From IMG/VR virus record IMGVR_UViG_3300024239_000015, positions 169,378 through 233,377 of that record: a DNA stretch of 64,000 bases; one strand, written 5' to 3'. Positions 39,077 through 48,451 of the stretch are shown here, one piece after another (position 1 is the first letter of the stretch; each line of letters opens with the position of its first letter). The notes under the pieces are model-generated. The model was not told the origin of the DNA and did not search any database. It worked only from the letters and a program-made list of their open reading frames with translations. A program made the translations under genes and the position numbers.

Positions 39077-39587
39077 ATACTTGACTGATCATCGGCTTTA
39101 GCTTTTTACTACTGATACTACAGACAGGACCAGAGACCGTCGGGTTATGTTGGAACACCCACTCCAAAGCTTCCAGTGGTTTAACACCCGCGTTTAACAA
39201 CACACGCATTTCCATAAACACACTTCCGCAGATGTTGTAGTTTACAGGAGAAACCACCAAACAACCTAACTCCATCACGTACGCCTGTTTTGCAGAAATA
39301 ACCAGCAAGCCAACAACTTCAAAGTACTTTTTCAGTCCTTCTGGAATGGACTCTGCCTCGACTTTCCCTAACTCGATATTTCTCACCGCAGCAATCAAGA
39401 ACTCTTGTAGTGCAAGGTGTGTGTCTTTGGAAAGACTCTTTCCCACTACGCCGTACGCTAACCGTTTACACTCCGTGGTGAATAGTTTCTGTGCCTTAAA
39501 AAGTACAGGCTCAGCACCACGCTCCTCAATGTACTCGCCTTGAGAGTCTGAATACAAAACTCCATCGGCCGTAAAAATAATCGACAT
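39045..39587 (-). CDS. Ntn-hydrolase (HslV/proteasome beta-like) family protein, possibly degenerate
   Basis: MSIIFTADGVLYSDSQ resembles the 'MTTI...DG.L.ADSQ' pattern; C-terminal 'GS...LEALE....P.VSGPV'. Confidence 0.45.
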   Translation of the reverse strand: MSIIFTADGVLYSDSQGEYIEERGAEPVLFKAQKLFTTECKRLAYGVVGKSLSKDTHLALQEFLIAAVRNIELGKVEAESIPEGLKKYFEVVGLLVISAKQAYVMELGCLVVSPVNYNICGSVFMEMRVLLNAGVKPLEALEWVFQHNPTVSGPVCSISSKKLKPMISQVFDEEESDVSV

Positions 39588-39651
39588 TCCCTCACTCCTA
39601 AATCAAACCGACAAAAAGGAGAGAGCCGAAGCTCTCTCTGTATGTTGTACG

Positions 39652-39942
39652 TTAAGCGAAGCGGTTGGCTTCCCGTTCCGCTTTAGATGGATACGGACTA
39701 CGGCCTGCTGCAGTCCCTGTAGGACGTAACGGTTCTGCGGTAGTCGCTGATGCAAATTTAAACTCGCTGTCAAACGACACCACCTGACGATGTTTTGCAC
39801 CTTCCGGTAACTGACTTTTGTTTAGTTTTAAGAAAATACCGTCGGAGAATTCCAACATCCAACCGTCTTTGCTTTTGACTAAAGTGGCTTTGGAGTCCAC
39901 TAAGAACGGACGTACTTTTTCTGGTAATACGAATTGACTCAT
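39652..39942 (-). CDS. Hypothetical protein
   Basis: AAGGA RBS, terminator downstream. Confidence 0.65.
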   Translation of the reverse strand: MSQFVLPEKVRPFLVDSKATLVKSKDGWMLEFSDGIFLKLNKSQLPEGAKHRQVVSFDSEFKFASATTAEPLRPTGTAAGRSPYPSKAEREANRFA

Positions 39943-39971
39943 GGGAGTTTCCTTTTCGGTTATGGGTTAAA

Positions 39972-40394
39972 TTAATTGTGTTTATCCAAATGGTTCAGAA
40001 CGGTTTGGATGGCCTGTTTTACTTCTTCAGGTGCGTTCTCCAAGGCCTCCTCGTAAGTAGAGACCAGCACCGCTAAAGATCTGGTACGATCTAACCTGCC
40101 GTCTAAGTCCAGAGCAATCAAGTTCTGAGCTTCTGCGATCAACTGTGGATACTGGCCGAAGTTTGACGCATGTAGCAAACGCTGTAACGTCAGAAAAGTT
40201 AGCTTACGCGAACTATCCATAGGAAGCGCGCTCGCACTCTGCACGATCAGACCAGCGGGCACCACCGTTGGCATGGGTTGACGATACATCGAACTTGCTA
40301 ACGCGACTGCAAACTCACGCTGGGCTTCGTTCTCCAGTTTGAACTCAATCGTACAGACTCCATTACGGAACCAGGTATCTAACACGTTACTCAT
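39972..40394 (-). CDS. Hypothetical protein
   Basis: Coupled to the upstream gene. Confidence 0.65.
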   Translation of the reverse strand: MSNVLDTWFRNGVCTIEFKLENEAQREFAVALASSMYRQPMPTVVPAGLIVQSASALPMDSSRKLTFLTLQRLLHASNFGQYPQLIAEAQNLIALDLDGRLDRTRSLAVLVSTYEEALENAPEEVKQAIQTVLNHLDKHN

Positions 40395-41050
40395 TTCTCT
40401 AACTCCAGTGTAATAGGCTCAAACAAAGGCTTAACTAAGTCAGGGCTAAAGATCCCTATCTCGTCGGATGCGATAATGTTTAACGCTTCGTTTTCAGTTG
40501 GAACCACGATTCGTAAGTCCTTTGACCAGATTTCAGCCATGTTGATCTGAAGCACCGAAACGAAAGAAATCTGGCTATACAGAAAGTATAAACGTGGTAA
40601 ACTGACGTGGCGGAGCAGACCTAGTTTGTTCTTAGCCGCATAGGCTAGGAGTCGCTCGTCGTGGATCTCGTCTCGAATCGGACTACGGTTCAGCTCTTTC
40701 AATAAAAGGGTATAACGACGCAATACGCTCACTGCGTCAGGGTCAACTCGATGGTCTCCAAACAACCCACAATACCGCAACCACAATTCCGCGACTGTAT
40801 ACGCGGGCATGTCGCGATATCGTCCAGAAATAGTGAGACAAACACCCTTCACACCCATGCGAGTAACCAGAACACCAATGTTAGTGTTTATCGAGGTGTC
40901 GTTGAAGGTTACAGAGACTACGAAATTTTCTGCGTGCTCTGACTGTACCTGGATTCCTAAGAGTTTTCCCAGTTCGTTCATCGATCTTGCGTAACTGGAG
41001 TCCGTAGAGTACTCGTCACTGTTTGCTGGTACGAAGTTTACTAAAAACAT
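40391..41050 (-). CDS. Hypothetical protein
   Basis: AAGGAG RBS. Confidence 0.65.
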   Translation of the reverse strand: MFLVNFVPANSDEYSTDSSYARSMNELGKLLGIQVQSEHAENFVVSVTFNDTSINTNIGVLVTRMGVKGVCLTISGRYRDMPAYTVAELWLRYCGLFGDHRVDPDAVSVLRRYTLLLKELNRSPIRDEIHDERLLAYAAKNKLGLLRHVSLPRLYFLYSQISFVSVLQINMAEIWSKDLRIVVPTENEALNIIASDEIGIFSPDLVKPLFEPITLELEK

Positions 41051-41135
41051 AACTACTCCTTTTTTAATGCGTCTAGAATCGATTTTAAGAGACTTTCTTC
41101 TTCGGTGGTATGAATACTCGTCTCTGGTGTTTTTA

Positions 41136-42479
41136 TTAAAGCTTAGGCTCTCTGAGAATACCTAACTCGGGTGTGTGGTAGAATGGGTTGTCAATACACT
41201 CTACGTCCGGCTCAGCAATCCCTAGGTAGGTCAACTTCCCGTCGTGTAACGCATACACACTGAAGTCTTTCGATAGCAGTAACTTGATTTTCGGTTCGTA
41301 TTCCCGACCTATTTCTAAGGCGCGCTTAGTGAACTTTGTGGTACGGCAGATGTTTGTGTTTTCGATGTTAACCACAACCTCCACTGGAGGGTACAGATAC
41401 TGCATTATCTTTCTGCCATATTCGAGCACAGTGGGAGAGAAACTACGACAGGAGGATTCTTGTTGTTCGTGGTACCACAACAGAAAATCGCCCACCGTTG
41501 GAACTTTCCCCTGTTCGATGAACACCTTATGCCCAATTACCTCTTCCAGCAACGTGTGGAACTTTTTAGATTCCACACCCGAATAACGAGTCGCTAAGAA
41601 GACGTACTGTTCTTCGCTCAACGCAGTGACGTTTTTACCCACTGAAACCTTTACGTAGGTTTCCGCTGGTTTAACCACCGCAGCAGGTACACGGGACAAC
41701 TTAGCATGTTCGCGCTGTTCCGCTTTACGCAGTTGTTCTACGGCAAATTCATGTCGTTCTAAACGACGTTTCTCGGCTATATCGTGACAGTAAGGTAGGA
41801 TGAAATTAAATCCATTTTCTGTACAGACTTGTAGCTCTAAGAACTCGGCGATTTTGACGTACACTTCAGCATTTACGTCTAAGAAAGACTGAGTGACGTT
41901 AGTCGGTTTACACATCACGTCGAACCAAATCAACCACCGTCCGATGGACGTTCTGATAATTTCTCTACCTTGCCCCCAGAGCGACAATTCCAGTTGTGTA
42001 GCAAACTTTCGTATGTCCACTAAAGGGTACTGTTTTTTCAGATAAGAAAACGCGTGTTCGTCAAGTGGTTCGTCTCTCAGTTCGTCTAAGGAGTAGATCA
42101 GTTCTGGTAAAGACGGATGTACATCGACTCGCAACACTAAGTTAGATTCCGCTTGCTCTTTCCAGCTCCCTTCTTCCTTTTCGTTGATTAGATCGGCTAT
42201 AGTTACCTCAGAAGGAATTCCCAAAGTCGTAAGTTTGTGAGCAGGCTGTACATACCGAACTGCTGCAGCCAACACCACGTCTGAAATGTACAAGTCTACC
42301 TCTGCAGACCTCCAGCCTGCGGTAAGGTAATCTTCAATCGTGGTTGCGTCAGCACACCCCACGTTAGACAGAAGTAACATACGGTCTATTTGGATCAGTG
42401 TGATTTTTAAGAAGTGGGCTACTTGTTCAGTAGACCAACCCAATGTTCTCAATAACTCTATCTTTTCTATTCTGGTCAT
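41136..42479 (-). CDS. Hypothetical protein with two internal repeats (alpha-CTD-like family) and possible N-terminal HTH
   Basis: Repeats YLKKQYP..TSIGRWL / FLATRYS..TVGDFL; C-terminus shared with 46400..47530. Confidence 0.65.
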   Translation of the reverse strand: MTRIEKIELLRTLGWSTEQVAHFLKITLIQIDRMLLLSNVGCADATTIEDYLTAGWRSAEVDLYISDVVLAAAVRYVQPAHKLTTLGIPSEVTIADLINEKEEGSWKEQAESNLVLRVDVHPSLPELIYSLDELRDEPLDEHAFSYLKKQYPLVDIRKFATQLELSLWGQGREIIRTSIGRWLIWFDVMCKPTNVTQSFLDVNAEVYVKIAEFLELQVCTENGFNFILPYCHDIAEKRRLERHEFAVEQLRKAEQREHAKLSRVPAAVVKPAETYVKVSVGKNVTALSEEQYVFLATRYSGVESKKFHTLLEEVIGHKVFIEQGKVPTVGDFLLWYHEQQESSCRSFSPTVLEYGRKIMQYLYPPVEVVVNIENTNICRTTKFTKRALEIGREYEPKIKLLLSKDFSVYALHDGKLTYLGIAEPDVECIDNPFYHTPELGILREPKL

Positions 42480-42494
42480 CTTTATACTCCTTAA

Positions 42495-43310
42495 TTAATT
42501 CACATCTTTAAATGGATGTTCCACCGAACCGATAGAGGTAGGTCTTGTGCGCTCATAACGACCTAACAACGTACCTTCTTGTGGGGTGATGTCTTTCTCA
42601 AACTTACGTGCTAAACCCATTCCAGGTTCCTGACAAAACACGTACTCAACGTTAGTGTGGTGAAACTTCTTCACTAACGACTCTAATGCAGTTTGAACTT
42701 CTTCGCTCTCTGGTGTTAAAGCTAACAACACGTTGTCTCTTTTCTTTAGGGACTCACCGTACACTTTTAAATACAGCGGAGGATATACCGCATACCCAGT
42801 CTCACTATGGAACTTCTCACGTAGATGTTTTAGAGACTCTATCACTTGAACTTCCGCTGACATCTCTGGATTGTGTTTACGGCGATACTGGATAGCACGA
42901 CGAATCATCTCCACAACGTCCTGAGGATCTCCACGATCCGCTGTGGCGATTAATTCACTCAGTAGACTACTATATCCGCCTTTCCAACTCGCGCGATGCT
43001 CCAGTGCGGCTAACCCCATTAACTCACGTTCTTCCTGGGTGTAGTTGTTCACTAACCAACTTGCAGGTTCAAACGTAAAGAAGCTATGAGCGAGATAGTG
43101 ATGGTTACTCCGACTCCATGTAAATAGGTCATGTAGCAACGCAGGAGGAACAATCAACCTTTCCTCTATCCCTAAATCAAATTTCTGATTTAACTCCAAT
43201 GCTGTTTTGCATACCTGCAACGTATGTTCAAATTGATGCGCTTTATCACAGATCGAGTACGCGTATTCGTATTTACGCATTAACATCTCAATGAGTTCTT
43301 GTGTGTTCAT
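42495..43310 (-). CDS. HD-domain phosphohydrolase
   Basis: 'AHQFEH', 'ALLHD', 'NHH', 'EHRAS', 'ATADR'; start at MNTQEL. Confidence 0.8.
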   Translation of the reverse strand: MNTQELIEMLMRKYEYAYSICDKAHQFEHTLQVCKTALELNQKFDLGIEERLIVPPALLHDLFTWSRSNHHYLAHSFFTFEPASWLVNNYTQEERELMGLAALEHRASWKGGYSSLLSELIATADRGDPQDVVEMIRRAIQYRRKHNPEMSAEVQVIESLKHLREKFHSETGYAVYPPLYLKVYGESLKKRDNVLLALTPESEEVQTALESLVKKFHHTNVEYVFCQEPGMGLARKFEKDITPQEGTLLGRYERTRPTSIGSVEHPFKDVN

Positions 43311-43414
43311 TCCTGAATCCTTCTGGGTTAAAGGTGGTTTCTCTTGAAGATAATGTATGCCTGTAATTCTTTCCAGACCGCAAAAAAGAGGAGACTTCGG
43401 TCTCCTCTTTGTAA

Positions 43415-43774
43415 TTATACCTGCGGCACTTGCGGAATCAGCTGTCTTAGCATGTACCCAGTGAATTCGCACCGCACCCCGTCTCCCATACCCCCAATCG
43501 GCTTACAGACGTCACCTAGGTTCGTGTAAAGAATCTCATACGCATCGTGAATGATTAACTCATCCAACTCGTTCATATAAACCCCAAATCCCAAATCGTA
43601 GACGAGGTACTCTACGGCAGGGAGCATTTTGTACGCGGTGTTGTTCTCTAACGCTTCTATATACTTCAGAAGCAGCGCGCCATAGGTTTTACGACGTTCT
43701 ACCGCCGTTGACACCACCGGTTCTTTTAACATCGCGGCTGACGCTTCAATCATCGTTCGTATAGCTGTTGTCAT
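43415..43774 (-). CDS. Hypothetical protein
   Basis: AGGAG RBS. Confidence 0.6.
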   Translation of the reverse strand: MTTAIRTMIEASAAMLKEPVVSTAVERRKTYGALLLKYIEALENNTAYKMLPAVEYLVYDLGFGVYMNELDELIIHDAYEILYTNLGDVCKPIGGMGDGVRCEFTGYMLRQLIPQVPQV

Positions 43775-43798
43775 TTTTTCTTACTCCTGAATGTACTG

Positions 43799-44674
43799 TC
43801 AAAACGTAGACAGTGGTCTTTTTGTTCCCGGAGGAACGATTGTTTTTAGTGTTAAGTTCAACGCAGGCACTTGTACTGTCTCTTCTAAAGGTAGACTGAG
43901 ACCTTTAGGAAACAGCGTCGCATACTGCCCTACCATTCCCGCAAAAGCGTCTGTTCCATTCCACACGTACACTTGTTCCATTTTCTCGTCTGTATACACC
44001 CCACACCCAGCATCTACAACTAACGAAAATAAAGAGTTCCAGAATGGCTCGTATAAGAAGATCTCATCCGCCAATACGCTAAACTTCGGAGAAATTAAAC
44101 TTTCTCCTTTCTCCGTCAGTCCGCAATGCAAGAAGCAGGCTTTCAGTAAGGTTTGGTGTTTAAACTCAGTGAAGTTAGCTCCTAAGCCTTTCGGGGTCTT
44201 TTTGTGCGCTGCGTGGGTTTCTTGTAAGTAGTCTCCTACCGTCACTAACCTCGCTTCACTTAACGCTTTACTGTACACCGGTTTAAACGTACGTAATACT
44301 GTCAGTGGGTCTTTGGTTCTCCGTACAACGATTCCAGGATACAGAGTCTGCAGTAACTCGTCCTGAGGGAGTCCTGTGAGGTCTAAACTCTCTACTGGAA
44401 GCTTACCGCAGTTGTCGTGAAGGTCTAGGTGGACACCACAGCGATCTAAACACCGGATTCGAAACTCTTCCAGTGTGCGTTTTCTAAATCCAGAGAGTAC
44501 GACTTTAGGTTGTAGGACGTATGTGAGGAAATCTCCTATCGTTTCGATCCTTAAACGTTGTAATTCACGTATCTGTCGTTCTCTTAGACTTTGTAGTCTA
44601 GTTAGCCTAACCTCGCAGGCTTCTAAGTTTATCGTGGGGTAGGTTTTCTTTAAATGGTCGTATCTGGACATCAT
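43799..44674 (-). CDS. Protein with tandem RNAP alpha-CTD-like (helix-hairpin-helix) repeats
   Basis: 'LQRLRIETIGDFL...LSGFRKRTLEEF' and 'ALSEARLVTVGDYL...KGLG'. Confidence 0.5.
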   Translation of the reverse strand: MMSRYDHLKKTYPTINLEACEVRLTRLQSLRERQIRELQRLRIETIGDFLTYVLQPKVVLSGFRKRTLEEFRIRCLDRCGVHLDLHDNCGKLPVESLDLTGLPQDELLQTLYPGIVVRRTKDPLTVLRTFKPVYSKALSEARLVTVGDYLQETHAAHKKTPKGLGANFTEFKHQTLLKACFLHCGLTEKGESLISPKFSVLADEIFLYEPFWNSLFSLVVDAGCGVYTDEKMEQVYVWNGTDAFAGMVGQYATLFPKGLSLPLEETVQVPALNLTLKTIVPPGTKRPLSTF

Positions 44675-44709
44675 TACTCTCTCTCGAGTGATTTAGTATT
44701 CTCGTAGGG

Positions 44710-44740
44710 ATAATGTAGATCTCAAATGGATTCCAGACAG
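44710..44740 (-). promoter_or_regulatory. Putative early promoter, copy 4
   Basis: CTGTCTGGAATCCATTTGAGATCTACATTAT. Confidence 0.6.
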
Positions 44741-44769
44741 CATAAACGGAAACCTCTTAGGGTTTCCTT

Positions 44770-45280
44770 ATTATTGTTTATTTTTTAAAGGGGTTACCCC
44801 CCTATAGGTTCTCATCCCCCAGACCCCCTAGCTCTCCTAGACCCCCCTCCCCAAAGACCTCGTTCGCTTCATCACTACGTTCAGGCTCACTCCGGTGAGG
44901 CTGTCGTTCGTACCTTTCGTCTTCGGCTACTACTCGCTCATTCTTCCTTTCAGTCAGAATCCCGCTCGCTGTATCCTCAACTCAAGTTACTCACTCCGCT
45001 CTTTATAGCGAAATTTCTTTCGCCTATAGAATAAGAAGTTAGTATGTAAATTTTTACATTAGTAAAAGTATATTATGTAATGTTTAATAATAGAAAATAG
45101 TTTAAAGACTATTTTCTATAGATTTTTATATATTTTATTTAATAAGAAAATTTTTTTAATAAGAAAAAGAGTTTTTTAGATAAGAGAGCTATCGCTCTTT
45201 AATTTACATATAGCGGCGGACCCAAAATCGGGAAAGTGGGAATCTGGCATGTCCGTCGTGGTCCGATCGCGTGGTGAGGC
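44770..45280. other. Non-coding origin-like region: C/G tracts, short repeats, AT-rich palindromic block
   Basis: Five C4-6 tracts at 44797-44852; YTCRYTC-like repeats at 44859-45001; strongly AT-rich 45028-45210 with palindromes. Confidence 0.5.
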
Positions 45281-45320
45281 AAAAAAAGAAGAGGGACGGA
45301 AGGTCCCTCTCTATGCCTGT

Positions 45321-45773
45321 TTAATCGCCTACGATCACTAACGTCCCGTAGTTGTTGTCTGACTCTGGTAACTCACGGACTTCTACTGCTACGGTATCGA
45401 GTTCAGCTTTTTGTTTCTCTAAAGCAAACAGAGCTGATGACAACACCATTACGATCTTTTTTACGTCATTGTTGTCGAAGACCACGAAGAGTTCTTCAGG
45501 ATCGTACATACCCCAACGGTATACTGTATTCGCATCCATAGCTACAGATTCACCCGAGTCTAGTTTCAGGTTAGCGTTGAAATCGTCTTCGAAGTCATCG
45601 GTACCCTCAAACTGTCCGTGTACAGGTAAATAATAGAAATCGTTCTCGCCACCGCTACGTTCGCAGAGTATGAATAACTGTGGGTTGAAACACGGCATTG
45701 AGTCTTTAGCGTGAGTGCTAAACACCGTGCCGATCGGAAGCTTACACAGCTCTGACATTTTTACTTTACGCAT
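45321..45773 (-). CDS. Hypothetical protein
   Basis: AGGAG RBS. Confidence 0.7.
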   Translation of the reverse strand: MRKVKMSELCKLPIGTVFSTHAKDSMPCFNPQLFILCERSGGENDFYYLPVHGQFEGTDDFEDDFNANLKLDSGESVAMDANTVYRWGMYDPEELFVVFDNNDVKKIVMVLSSALFALEKQKAELDTVAVEVRELPESDNNYGTLVIVGD

Positions 45774-45800
45774 CGAGTACTCCTAATGTAGTTAAAGGGT

Positions 45801-46220
45801 TTACTGCATCGGACGTAGACGTTGTTTCAATCGAGCGGTTAGGTTTTCTATCCCAGCCCAACTGAGTCGCGTCTGCAATTGAAAGTCTTTCACAGTCTCT
45901 ACTTTCCAACTGTCTATGTCTTCAGGGAACTCAGCACGGAAGAATAGTTTACCACACGAGTACGCACAGACCTCGGAGTCAGCCCAGACGAGTAAGTACT
46001 CACCGCGTTCTACCGCGTAGTGCGCGTATTTAAACGCACCTAGCTGAGTGTGGTGTGGATCGTACTCGTATAGCTCAGCCAAGCAGTCGCGGACTGTAGT
46101 GAGTAACTTAAGCGCACTTTCTTGTTGGGCTTTCCTGTTTCTTTGTTTTACAGTAATCCAGTACGCAAACACAAGAAAGACGCAAACGAAGAACAACGCC
46201 AAATACGTATAGTCTTGCAT
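45801..46220 (-). CDS. Hypothetical protein with N-terminal membrane anchor
   Basis: YLALFFVCVFLVFAYW. Confidence 0.7.
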   Translation of the reverse strand: MQDYTYLALFFVCVFLVFAYWITVKQRNRKAQQESALKLLTTVRDCLAELYEYDPHHTQLGAFKYAHYAVERGEYLLVWADSEVCAYSCGKLFFRAEFPEDIDSWKVETVKDFQLQTRLSWAGIENLTARLKQRLRPMQ

Positions 46221-46226
46221 AACACG

Positions 46227-46328
46227 TTACTCCTTAGAATCCACACGACGTGCGTCGCGGTGTGCTAAATAAGCCATAGTGAAAAAGAAAGTTAATACAG
46301 TACTTGCGATGATTATAAAGTCGATCAT
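46227..46328 (-). CDS. 33-aa single-pass membrane microprotein (below the ORF-track cutoff)
   Basis: AAGGAG RBS; MIDFIIIASTVLTFFFTMAYLAHRDARRVDSKE*. Confidence 0.65.
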   Translation of the reverse strand: MIDFIIIASTVLTFFFTMAYLAHRDARRVDSKE

Positions 46329-46399
46329 GGTTATACTCCTTCATTGAGAATGGGAGAACGATCAGAGGGAGTGTTTGCCCCCTCTCTTTTTTTGTGTGA

Positions 46400-47530
46400 T
46401 TAAAACTTAAGCTCTTTGACGATGCCTGTGGCGCCCGCATCAAAAGACCCTTCAGCGAAGGCTTCGACTTCAGGTTTAGATAAACCCAAATGCGTTAGCT
46501 TCCCGTTGAACAGACCCATGAACGTTCCGCTTGGAGCCAGATATAGTCGAATTCCGTACTTGTTTAAGTTACGACTTTTCAACTCTTCGGCACTGTACCG
46601 ATGACTACATTCAGGGTTTCTTCCTGAGACTGCATGTAGCGCCAGTTCCATTCCGGAGAGTACACGCCTGTCTGTAAAATACAGATGCACCAACACTTTC
46701 TGTAACTGCCAGACCACTAACGGCGTAGGCGTAGGACACTCCTCTGACTCCATCGCTTCTTTAAAACGCGACAAGAAGTCCCTTACGGTGTAAACTGGAG
46801 CACCCCACAATGTCGATACACCTTCAACCACCTGACTCAGAGGAGTGTCGAATCCTTCTGTTGCGGCATTGGGGAAAGCTTGTACTAGCTGTTCGTGAAC
46901 ACTCGAGGGTGTGAGGTCGTTGGACATGTTCTCACCGTCGTTGATTTCCTCCTGTTCTACAACCTGAGCCATTTCAGCTTGCAGTGCTTTTAAACCCGTT
47001 TTGAACGTTTCAAACAGAGGCAGGAAGTGTTGTGCTTTCTCTGCTTGGATCTTTACAACCTGACGTTTAAAATCTTCTGACAAACTAGCCCACACTGGAG
47101 TGTGCTTCAGCTTGTACAGATGACACAAATTTTCAATCGTGCCGTTCTGGTTGTAGTGGTACTCCTCAGACACGATCGTCTGTGCTGCCGTATCCATACC
47201 TGCTAAATAACCCCCTGTGCGGATTTCTAAGTCCGCTCCTTTAAAACCATCCAACATAGTCTGTACCATCGGGATATAGACCGCAAAACCCATACGGGTG
47301 AAGAAGTCTGCCAACAGCTCTGGTGTGGCACTGAAGGGTATCCAGGTCTCTAACACCGCTGGTAATGCAGCTTGACCAACATGTACGTTGGTTAACATCG
47401 TACCGTACGCGTGCATAAACGCGTCCTCTAACTCGTGAGGAATGTTGGTGTGATCGACTGCAGCACTAACGAATTGGTAGTTAGCGGAAGCAACTAAAGC
47501 ATTGAATTTTATTTGTTGTACTGTAATCAT
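46400..47530 (-). CDS. Hypothetical early protein; C-terminal domain paralogous to 41136..42479
   Basis: 'VYTVRDFL', 'FNGKLTHLGLSKPEVE' versus 'HDGKLTYLGIAEPDVE'. Confidence 0.7.
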   Translation of the reverse strand: MITVQQIKFNALVASANYQFVSAAVDHTNIPHELEDAFMHAYGTMLTNVHVGQAALPAVLETWIPFSATPELLADFFTRMGFAVYIPMVQTMLDGFKGADLEIRTGGYLAGMDTAAQTIVSEEYHYNQNGTIENLCHLYKLKHTPVWASLSEDFKRQVVKIQAEKAQHFLPLFETFKTGLKALQAEMAQVVEQEEINDGENMSNDLTPSSVHEQLVQAFPNAATEGFDTPLSQVVEGVSTLWGAPVYTVRDFLSRFKEAMESEECPTPTPLVVWQLQKVLVHLYFTDRRVLSGMELALHAVSGRNPECSHRYSAEELKSRNLNKYGIRLYLAPSGTFMGLFNGKLTHLGLSKPEVEAFAEGSFDAGATGIVKELKF

Positions 47531-47568
47531 GGCGTATTACCTTTTTAGCTAATGGGAAAATGGGATTC

Positions 47569-47595
47569 GTGAATGGGTAGTAGTACCTCATTCAC
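47569..47595 (-). promoter_or_regulatory. Conserved 5'-leader hairpin, copy 1
   Basis: GTGAATGAGGTACTACTACCCATTCAC, 4 nt downstream of the promoter motif. Confidence 0.65.
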
Positions 47596-47599
47596 CGTG

Positions 47600-47630
47600 A
47601 TATTAAGTATCTATAATTTATTCGAAACGG
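47600..47630 (-). promoter_or_regulatory. Putative early promoter, copy 5
   Basis: CCGTTTCGAATAAATTATAGATACTTAATAT. Confidence 0.7.
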
Positions 47631-47985
47631 TTTTCTTTTGTTGTTCAAAACACTCCGCTAACAAAGCAGCGTAGTTAGCGTCGATCCCACAAACAAGATA
47701 CGGACAATCACTATACCGTTCTCTCCCTACTGTCACAAACCCTACGTAATTTAACGCAGAAAGAAACAGGGGGTGGGCTGTCGCCACCCCCACTTCAAAA
47801 CGGTCTTCTGCGCGAGTAGAGGTTGTATCCTGCCACATGACGTCGATAAACGTCGTGGCTTGTTGGTAAAGATCTTCGAGAATCACAAGACCGGGACCTT
47901 CTCGTTTGAAGAGGTCAGCGATCATTTTCTCTACCTCCACGCCAAACATAAATACAGCCATTTCTTTCGACACGTGTATTGCCAT
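47611..47985 (-). CDS. Hypothetical protein
   Basis: AAGGAG RBS. Confidence 0.65.
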   Translation of the reverse strand: MAIHVSKEMAVFMFGVEVEKMIADLFKREGPGLVILEDLYQQATTFIDVMWQDTTSTRAEDRFEVGVATAHPLFLSALNYVGFVTVGRERYSDCPYLVCGIDANYAALLAECFEQQKKTVSNKL

Positions 47986-47986
47986 T

Positions 47987-48439
47987 TTAAAACTCCTTTA
48001 CTCTTTCGTAGAAATCGACCAACGCTTCAGTGTCGTTCACTGTGACGTCGTGTGCTGTGATGCCAACAGAACCGAGCTTAGTCGTTAAGTCAGCCCACAT
48101 CGCAACAAGCCTTTCATCTGACGTGCCTGGTGCGGCAGCGTGTAACTCGACTAACGTCCCACGAATCATGGTGGTTACACACAACGTATACTTATCTACA
48201 CGCAGCGTTTTTGAATGTGAGTAACGACTGATTTCTTCGTAGGTCAGTAAACCTTGCAGATTTTTGTGTTCTGCGTTACGAGAATCAAAACCCTGATGTC
48301 TGATCCACCACGCGGTGTTTTCAACCGCGTTTTCTAACGCCTTACGCGCAGCCCTTTCTTGTTTATACGAATTCCATTTTACTACAAGAGCTTGTAGAAA
48401 CGAGTGAACTCGTTTTGGAATATTTCTTAAATGAACCAT
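47987..48439 (-). CDS. Hypothetical protein
   Basis: AAGGAG RBS. Confidence 0.65.
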   Translation of the reverse strand: MVHLRNIPKRVHSFLQALVVKWNSYKQERAARKALENAVENTAWWIRHQGFDSRNAEHKNLQGLLTYEEISRYSHSKTLRVDKYTLCVTTMIRGTLVELHAAAPGTSDERLVAMWADLTTKLGSVGITAHDVTVNDTEALVDFYERVKEF

Positions 48440-48451
48440 TTTAAAACTCCT

